Below, piece by piece: positions 59,989 to 64,000 of a stretch of DNA of 64,000 nucleotides. Under the pieces are notes generated by a model. It did no database searches. It saw only the letters and a program-made list of their open reading frames with translations, and was not told where the DNA came from. The position numbers and the translations under genes are program-made. Within the stretch, counting starts at the first letter, position 1. Every line of letters starts with the position of its first letter. This stretch comes from Blepharisma stoltei ATCC 30299 (Eukaryota > Protista > Ciliophora): contig CBFDEM010000054.1 in the NCBI GenBank assembly GCA_965603825.1, positions 558,001 to 622,000 on the forward strand. Direction: 5' to 3'.

Positions 59989-61449
59989 TTATTTAGGTGA
60001 ATCTGGGCTTGTTGGGACTTTTGGGCTTTTTTGTTCTGAAGAAAAGAAATCGGCAACACCTTCCCATTGCTCAGTATGTTTCAAGCTTGGAATCATATAT
60101 TCATCAAACCGATCTGGCAGACGCTGCGGTTCAGGTGATTTACTTCTTTGTTTCCTGCATTAAAATTACTCATTGTTTTTATATCTTCTTCTTACCAGTC
60201 TGTCATCTTCTTTTATCAATCCCAGATTATTTTTATCCCACTTCCCCCTATTTAGCATCGGCGATTCATTCGAAAAATCTTCATTATCAATTCTTTCCTT
60301 AGGTGTAACAGCCGTCGAAATCTGCTGATTTAGCTGGGCAAGTCTCGAGTTTTGTTTATCTAAAATACTCAGTAATTGTTGGCTTTCTCCAATTAATTTT
60401 GAATATTCGTCTTCAGTTTTATATGAAGGAGCGTCATATTTTTCAATGCGAGACGGAGAATAAGAATAATTATTAAGATCAGGATTTTCAGTTTGGGTTT
60501 GGATTAGCTTGTCAGATTTGGAATGAGATATTTTGCTGCGATCTGAAGTAGTCTTGGATTGAGAAGGAGAAATGTAATAGGATTCGCAGTCATAATGAGT
60601 ATTTGTGGCTTCTTCTTTGGAGGTTTCTAGCTTTGGAGAACTTGATACATGTCCTTGATTAGCTTGGCTAGAAAAATTTCTGATTGGTGAATTTTTTCTG
60701 ACTCCATAATAATTAATCAGATCTACTATAAATTTCATCATTCTCAACAAAATATCAGGGAATTCTTCTTTTTCTACTAACTCTCGCAGTTTTTTTGAGC
60801 CGACCATTCTTGACTTAAACATTGAATACACACTTGGGGACTGATGCACTTTATCAATGATATAATTCACATACTGCGCAATTTTCTGTACGATCCCTAA
60901 ACCGTCATCTTCAAACTTCCCATTTCCTTTTACATAATTACTCGACAACAGCTCTTTTCTAAGCGCTTGATTTGCAGTCTGCAACTGTTCCCATCCACTC
61001 ATTTGCATATTTACCCTCTCATTTAGTTCATTGATTTTAAATTCCTGCTCATTGATGATTTTGCTTTTTTCTTGGTTTAATTTGTTCATTTTTTTTAATT
61101 CTTCTTGTAGAGCGTCGCATTTCATTTTCAATTCTTCAGCTACACGGATGGCTTTTCTTCCGTTGATGTTTTCTATTTCAAAAACTTGAAGCTTTTCATT
61201 GTAGTGTTTTTCTATGTGTTCTCGTTCTGATAAACTTCTCTTTAAAGCTTCACGTAAGGCATCTCTTTCTTTTCTTAATGAAGAAATGGCTTCAGTTGCT
61301 TTTCCTAGGTCTTGTTTAATTAATTCAAATTTTGTGCTTTCTTGGCTAGTGAAAGAATCGTATTTTCTATCAGAGTAGCTGAAAGAGTTTTCAGTTAGGT
61401 CGTCAACTTGTAGAGGCATATGCAAATCAACGTTTCTTCGATATGACAT
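59989..61449 (-). CDS. Hypothetical coiled-coil protein, 481 aa; intron 60155-60169
   Basis: The track stop lies inside a consensus 15-nt intron; the spliced frame continues to TAA at 59989-59991. Confidence 0.8.
60155..60169 (-). other. 15-nt spliceosomal intron
   Basis: Minus-strand GTAATTTTAATGCAG; A at position 10; followed by a 55-codon open exon. Confidence 0.85.
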
Positions 61450-61749
61450 AAGACTAATAAAACTATTACTATTTATATATTAAAGCAGGGACAGAATTTA
61501 ATATTTTAAACTTTTTGTATGAAGCGCGAAACTGCTATTATTTTAAGTTAATTGTTTTAATTGCGTATATAGATAAATTTATTCAGTCCTTATTGTTTTA
61601 GTATTCCAAAAAGTAAAGAAGATTGCTATCTTTTAAAAATAAACTATTAGGCTATATAAATAAATGATATTTATTGGATAGTTAATATTTGACAATATAA
61701 TTTTGACTTAAATGCAAGTGAATAATTAATTAAATTTAATATAAGTAAT

Positions 61750-64000
61750 CTAGAAAAACGGCTCGTTCAGAGCATCTGCTAAGTCTGCTGCTGATTTTAA
61801 AGCTGCTTGATTGATTTTCTTTTTATAAGGCAAGTCATTTCTTTCTCCTTCATCTCTATATATTCTTGAAAGAGAAGGTAAAGCAGGGATTCTGCTTCCT
61901 CGTCTCGCTAAATTCGTTAAATTATTTTCAGTTTTCCGGTATTTAATTTTCTTATCTTTTTTCAGGGTCCTTTGGCTTTGAATTTTTGTCAATTGGTCTT
62001 GCTTTTCTGCTTTTGAAGCTTTATGCAGCAATAAATCAAAAGTGATTACCCCATTTTTCGCATTTTTCACTGTATATTGTTTAGTCAAATCTTCTTTTTT
62101 ATTTGCAGCTAACGCAACAACTCTAGGACTAGTGACGCTAAAGTGATAATTGCCATGATCATAATCAAACTCCTTGCTAAGTTTCTCAGGATTCTGTGGA
62201 GTCATAAAATTCCTGCCTTCTTCATGAATTCTCGGCGACTCATAAATTGATTGTCCAATATATTCCTTTTTTCTTATTTTCTCATACACATAATTAAACT
62301 CAGCCTCATCTCTTTTAGTGAACTTGTTTACATCTAAATAAAAATGCCAAGGGACCTGACTTTCTTGATCTTTTCTAGTAGCAGTTTTATTTTTAACCGT
62401 AGCTGTTCCTTGTTGCAAGCAGCCAACCATCCTTCCATCTTCTGCAGAAATGATTTTCACCATTTTATCATAGCTGGTTGTAATTAAAGTTTCGTTTTCT
62501 CTAATTAAAAATAAATGCCTTATGCACTCTGTGTGCAGCTTTATTGAATATAAGACTATAAGGGTGTCACTAGGTATATTTGGAGCTGCTAATATAGATT
62601 TATTTACCAATGACATCATTTTATTTTCTCGTCCATCAGTAGATAATGGCTCTATTGATAAAAGGTCAATTATGCCTTTAAAAGAAATTGCTTGTAAGTT
62701 ACCTCGGTCGTCACCTGTAAAGAGTATATGTTTTGACAATAAATAAGAAATTCCTTGGACTACTGAGGTTACTCCGTCTGGGTCTCGGTTTGTATAGGAA
62801 AATACTTTGTTGTATTTATAAGGAAGTGGGTGAAGAGCCCACAGGATTATTTCACCTAGAGAATCACAAGCAATAATGAGTGGCATAAGATCAATAGTTT
62901 GGATCACAATAAGCTCGCCTTGATGGACCATTGGCTGGCCTGCATAAGTTGCATCTTCAGTGTCCCAGATGTGGATAACCCCTTCACTAGTCCCAATAAC
63001 CAAAATTTCTAAATAATATACAAATTTGATAACTGGAATGACGCAGCCTAAATTATCAATGGTCTGCAAAACAACTGAATCGCTTAATGATTTGTCTTCG
63101 TGTATCATGATAGTCATATCTAAAGACCCAGTTGCTATAAACTGCCCTTTTTCTGAACTTGCTATACAGTTGACTTCTCCTTTATGGTCTGCTAACTGCT
63201 TCATTAATGCTCCATTCTTTATATTATAAACCCTTGTATGTCCTCTGGTATCTCCTACAAAAACTCTTTTTTCCCATCCATCAATTTCTACGCATGAAAT
63301 ATCACTATCTGCTGAGGCTGCATACATGTTTTCTGGCTTCCCTGTAAACGCATTCCATACCTTTACTTTATTCATAATCGGAGTAATAAATTTATAATAA
63401 TTTGGGGTGTAAAATGATGCTAATGGTAAGCTGTCATCTACGAAATTTGGGTTCAAATTTTTATCGTAATCATAAAAAGCAAGTCCTTTTCCACCAAAAA
63501 CAATTCTTTCTTGTTTTTTTAAAAAGGTAAAATCTGATAAAGAAAAACGAGTGCCTGATTGTTTTTCTTCCAAATTAAAAGTTTGAACACAGCTGAGATT
63601 TCGAATGTCCCAAACTTTTACCCAGCCATCAATATCAGCTGATATTACTTGTGGACTATCTTGGAGGACTTTGACTCCGACTAATGAAGAGTTGTGACCT
63701 TCAATTTTAAAAGCTACAGTGTCTATATAAGGGTTTCATACATAAATATCATGATCAAATCCAGCTGAAAACAGTAAACGATACTCTGGGTTAAATGCAA
63801 GAGATAATACACCTTTTGTGTGGCTTCCATAGATTCTCCGAGGGGATGCAGAAATCATATCCCAAAGTATAACTTTTCTGTCCTGTGAGCAGGAAAATAA
63901 AAACTCAAGCTTGGGGACTGCAATTAAATCAGTCACCATGTCTTCGTGGCCTTCTCTGAGGACTTTTATAGGCTCACTTCTCTTTTTATCCTCGAAATTC
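61750..64000 (-). CDS. WD40-repeat protein (WDR49/WDR64/EFCAB8-like), 5'-partial
   Basis: Frame open to the window edge; SAGFDHDIYV-W(TGA)-NPY, GH..SLVGV, ISADIDG.VKVWDIR and several further WD repeats. Confidence 0.88.

Overview
This is gene-dense, AT-rich eukaryotic nuclear DNA, not prokaryotic. Two signatures point to a heterotrich ciliate macronuclear chromosome of the Blepharisma type. First, TGA encodes Trp while TAA/TAG are the stops. Second, spliceosomal introns are tiny (15 nt, GT..AG, A at position 10). The supplied ORF track therefore fragments many genes. Re-reading with TGA=Trp and micro-introns gives about 40 genes. Housekeeping genes occupy 1-44 kb: eIF1, GAPDH, MCCC1, RFC1, NPL4, RPT3, calcineurin A, DBP8, SEC14, a BEACH protein, PP2C, CDPK, DHHC, Nudix and gamma-CA-like. 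An accessory block at about 44.5-58 kb holds a disrupted tandem Venus-flytrap multi-TM receptor and a 1878-aa polycystin-1-like receptor. The most unusual features are: (a) a head-to-head inverted duplication of the SEC14 N-terminus around a 29-bp near-perfect palindrome, with the duplicated arm fused in frame to a roughly 2485-aa BEACH protein; (b) a close homologue of the supposedly plant-specific RS2Z splicing factor carrying an aberrant GC-rich 17-nt frame-shifting intron in its RRM; (c) a prokaryote-type DUF1152 gene; and (d) two intergenic hairpins. All family assignments come from motif recognition, not database searches.
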